A stretch of DNA of 64,000 nt from Paludibacteraceae bacterium (GTDB lineage Bacteria; Bacteroidota; Bacteroidia; Bacteroidales; Paludibacteraceae). The notes beneath the pieces were generated by a model. It saw nothing but the letters and a program-made list of their open reading frames with translations, ran no database searches and was not told the DNA's origin. Within the stretch, counting starts at the first letter, position 1, and every line of letters begins with the position of its first letter. The stretch lies in contig JAXDTJ010000018.1 of the NCBI GenBank assembly GCA_034090015.1, positions 41,740 through 105,739 of the forward strand, given 5' to 3'. A program made the position numbers and the translations under genes. Shown piece after piece: positions 61,414 to 64,000 of the stretch.

Positions 61414-61914
61414 ATGAAACACTATCTTTTTATATTTCTCGCTTTGGCGGCGGTGATGCTGTCGGGCTGCAAAGAGAATAACTGGATGGACTGGAAGGCA
61501 CAGAACGACCTTTGGCTGGCGCAGAACGCCAAACGGGACAGCGTGGTAACCACCTCCACAGGCCTGCAGTATAAGATTATCTATCAGGGGAACCCCACCG
61601 ATGCCCGACCGGATAACAGCAAGACCGTATTGGTAACCTACGAAGGTTACCTGATTAACGGTTGCCGATTCGATGGCGGCACGGCGTCCTTCGCATTGTC
61701 AAGCGTAGTGAGCGGTTTTGCGGAGGGACTGCGCAAGATTAACAACAAAGGCGTGATAGAGATTTATGTGCCGTATTACTTGGGTTACGACGAGGAAAAA
61801 TACACCAGCGATGATATTTACGAAGCCGAAGGTAACGGCACGGAGGGGACAAGCAGTTACATTCCGCCTTACTCGGTACTGATTTTCAAAGTGAACTTAG
61901 ATGCGGTGTATTAG
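61414..61914 (+). CDS. FKBP-type peptidyl-prolyl isomerase lipoprotein
   Basis: Lipobox AVMLSGC. GLQYKIIYQG...VLVTYEGYLINGCRFD...VSGFAEGL...YVPYYLGYD. Confidence 0.85.
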   Translation: MKHYLFIFLALAAVMLSGCKENNWMDWKAQNDLWLAQNAKRDSVVTTSTGLQYKIIYQGNPTDARPDNSKTVLVTYEGYLINGCRFDGGTASFALSSVVSGFAEGLRKINNKGVIEIYVPYYLGYDEEKYTSDDIYEAEGNGTEGTSSYIPPYSVLIFKVNLDAVY

Positions 61915-62410
61915 TATTCTACAACTCCCCGCTTTCAAGGGACTGACCTTTCTTCTCTTTCTCCTTGCACTTTGCGCCTGCGATACGCATACCACGTACC
62001 GCAGTTCGGTGCCGTCGTATCCCGTGAACATTCGCATCAACACCAATGAGGGTGTTTATGTGCATTTCGTGCCAGAGAACACCACTTTGTATATGATAGT
62101 GGACAAGGACGGCTACCATTTTAACGGGCAGACCATGCCCCGCAAGGAGACTGACCGATTTGGCTATGCCGGAGTAGTGGTATATATAGATATTTTCGGC
62201 AGTTACAGCGCTTACGACATGGCGTGTCCGCATTGCGTGAAGCAGGACAAGCCTGTGGAGGTGGACGGCATGCTTGCTACCTGCCCTATTTGCGGCGAAG
62301 AGTACGACCTCGGCACCGGCTATGCCACGCCGCAAAAAGGGATTAGCAACGAGGCACTGAGGCGCTACGATTTGATAGTTTCCAACGGAGTAATCACCAT
62401 ACGCAACTGA
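61901..62410 (+). CDS. lipoprotein with CPHC...CPICG metal-binding-like motif, unknown function
   Basis: Lipobox LLALCAC. Overlaps the FKBP gene by 14 nt. Two CxxC pairs. Confidence 0.55.
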   Translation: MRCISILQLPAFKGLTFLLFLLALCACDTHTTYRSSVPSYPVNIRINTNEGVYVHFVPENTTLYMIVDKDGYHFNGQTMPRKETDRFGYAGVVVYIDIFGSYSAYDMACPHCVKQDKPVEVDGMLATCPICGEEYDLGTGYATPQKGISNEALRRYDLIVSNGVITIRN

Positions 62411-62412
62411 TT

Positions 62413-62913
62413 ATGATTCAAGCCAACGAACTCATACGAATCGGCACGATGCGACGCCCGCACGGCAAAAGCGGGGAACTGCAATGCCAAATGGACAACG
62501 ACTACTGGGACGAAGCCGATGCCGACTTCCTTATCCTGCTCTTGGACGGCATCTTCGTGCCTTTCCGCGTGGAAGACTGGCGAGGGAAGGGAGCAGATAG
62601 CCTTATCTTTCGGTTGAAAGGGGTAGATTCGGAAATCAAAGCGCTGCGGTTAGTGAACGCGGAGGCGTACATGCTCCGCCGCGACCTTGCCGAGGAGGCG
62701 GAGGAGATGATGACTTGGCAGGACTTGACAGGTTATGAGGTGCTGAATGGCAATCGTGTGGTGCAGGGTAGGGTAGCAGCCGTGGATGAATCCACTATCA
62801 ACACCTTATTAGAATTGGAAGACGGACGCCTCTTGCCGGTGCACGAAGATTTGATAATAGAGATAGACGAACCGCAGAAACGCATTATCCTCGACCTGCC
62901 AGAAGGACTGTAA
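62413..62913 (+). CDS. rimM: 16S rRNA processing protein RimM
   Basis: IGTMRRPHGKSGEL N-terminal motif and PRC-barrel-like C-terminus, 166 aa. Confidence 0.8.
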   Translation: MIQANELIRIGTMRRPHGKSGELQCQMDNDYWDEADADFLILLLDGIFVPFRVEDWRGKGADSLIFRLKGVDSEIKALRLVNAEAYMLRRDLAEEAEEMMTWQDLTGYEVLNGNRVVQGRVAAVDESTINTLLELEDGRLLPVHEDLIIEIDEPQKRIILDLPEGL

Positions 62914-62934
62914 ACTCAATTCCCCCGCCATCAT

Positions 62935-62959
62935 GGAGGTGCGGTCTCCAGGCCGCACC
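62935..62959. repeat. solo arm of the GGAGGTGCGGTCTCC palindromic element
   Basis: 25 of 25 nt identical to 26900-26924. Confidence 0.85.
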
Positions 62960-62983
62960 ATCGGAGAAAAGGGCGCGGACTAT

Positions 62984-63017
62984 CTCAACACTCAACTCTC
63001 AACCCTCAACTCTAAAC
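62984..63017. repeat. CTCAACT 7-mer array upstream of trmH-family gene
   Basis: CTCAACACTCAACTCTCAACCCTCAACTCTAAAC. Confidence 0.85.
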
Positions 63018-63020
63018 TAC

Positions 63021-63613
63021 ATGCAGAAACTGACCATACAAGAGATGAATCGCCTATCTGCGGAGGCCTTCCGCGAGGCGGAGAAATTGCCGCTGGTGGT
63101 GGTGCTGGATAATGTCCGCAGCCAACATAATGTAGGTGCTGTGTTCCGTACAGCCGATGCGTTCTTGTTGGAGGGCTTGTACCTCTGCGGCATCACGCCG
63201 AAGCCCGACACGCTGAGTACCAACAACGACCTGCACAAGACGGCGCTCGGCGCAGAGCTGACAGTGGCGTGGCAGGCGTTTGCAGAGACGATGGAGGCGG
63301 TGAAGACACTGCAAGCGAGAGGCTATAAGGTCTATGCTGTAGAGCAGGCGCACCACTCCATCACCCTCGAGCAGGCTGCGCAAGAAATCACTGGGGACGC
63401 GGGCGTCTCGCCCGCGGTGGGGCTGTCCCTCCCCGTCTGCACTAACGGCATCGCCATCGTTCTCGGGCATGAGGTCTTCGGTGTGGCGCAGGAAGTGGTG
63501 GATGCTTGCGACGGCTGCATAGAGATTCCGCAGTATGGCACCAAACACTCGCTGAACGTCAGCGTAACAGCAGGCATCGTCATGTATGCTCTCGCCACCG
63601 CCATGCGGGGTTC

Positions 63614-63620
<7 letters not shown>
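63021..63620 (+). CDS. TrmH/SpoU family RNA 2'-O-methyltransferase
   Basis: VVVLDNVRSQHNVGAVFRTADAF, VLGHEVFGV and IPQYGTKHSLNVSVTAGIVMY motifs. It carries a 16-codon repeat-derived insert. Confidence 0.85.
63388..63435. repeat. GC-rich MITE-arm sequence in-frame in trmH-family gene
   Basis: CTGGGGACGCGGGCGTCTCGCCC (63391-63413) is identical to the reverse complement of 17768-17790. Confidence 0.8.
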
Positions 63621-63734
<114 letters not shown>

Positions 63735-64000
63735 ATGCACTTAAACAGATGGATTTTCGGTGGATTGGGCTTTGCGTTGCGCGGTCCTATGGGTGCCCTG
63801 ATTGGGGTTACCATTGCCATACTATTGGAGGAGAAACTTGACAGTTTAGACAAAGAACGCCCTGCGGAGGATGAAAAGGCGGAAAACGACCGTCGTTTTG
63901 TAGGCGGGGAGTCCACGAACTACCGTCGCGCCACCGTGGGCGACATCCGCGTGTCGCTCATCGTGCTCATCGCCTGCGTGATGAAAGCAGACGGGCAGGT
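63735..64000 (+). CDS. TerB/DjlA-like membrane protein, 3' end cut by window edge
   Basis: ATG at 63735 opens a frame to the window end. N-terminal TM (WIFGGLGFALRGPMGALIGVTIAIL) is followed by a ...IVLIACVMKADGQ TerB-like start. It is absent from the ORF track because no stop is reached. Confidence 0.45.
   Translation, partial: MHLNRWIFGGLGFALRGPMGALIGVTIAILLEEKLDSLDKERPAEDEKAENDRRFVGGESTNYRRATVGDIRVSLIVLIACVMKADGQ

Overview
The window looks like a Bacteroidales chromosome segment, Prevotellaceae-like, by inference from several things: TAnnTTTG -7 promoter boxes, T9SS C-terminal sorting domains, BspA-type leucine-rich-repeat proteins, class 3 FBPase, and the dut-TPR-DUF4292-M23 gene order. 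Spot counts give about 55-60 % GC in housekeeping genes. I call 41 protein genes. They include ligA (5' cut), dapA, fbp, a secreted PL1 pectate lyase, two PLP sulfur-amino-acid enzymes, yceD-rpmF-rluB and a ROK glucokinase. A complete alternative spermidine pathway cluster is present (speB, nspC, speA, carboxynorspermidine dehydrogenase). There is also a 3356-aa LamG/FN3 surface protein and a lower-GC island of three huge LRR surface proteins (1216, 1990 and 802 aa). The remaining named genes are dut, an EnvC-like M23 protein, FKBP, rimM and a TrmH methyltransferase. I saw no rRNA, tRNA, CRISPR array, transposase or integrase. The most unusual signal is not a gene. Almost every spacer is occupied by hairpins whose arms are tandem 7-13 nt words, in at least 15 sequence families. 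Many sit between the predicted -7 box and the start codon. Copies of the same repeats lie in-frame inside conserved enzymes (fbp, PreA-like, nspC twice, trmH, dapA N-terminus) and at least seven times inside the giant ORF. This resembles Rickettsia palindromic elements. Other leads are listed below:
- the giant ORF, whose last 35 nt are dual-coded with a lipoprotein that is a free-standing copy of its C-terminal module;
- low-GC central cassettes in both giant genes;
- a 12.5-kb LRR island bracketed by about 40-nt direct copies of a terminator-like hairpin;
- tandem terminator-like hairpins in the island leader.
All functional calls rest on motif recognition by eye. No database search was run.
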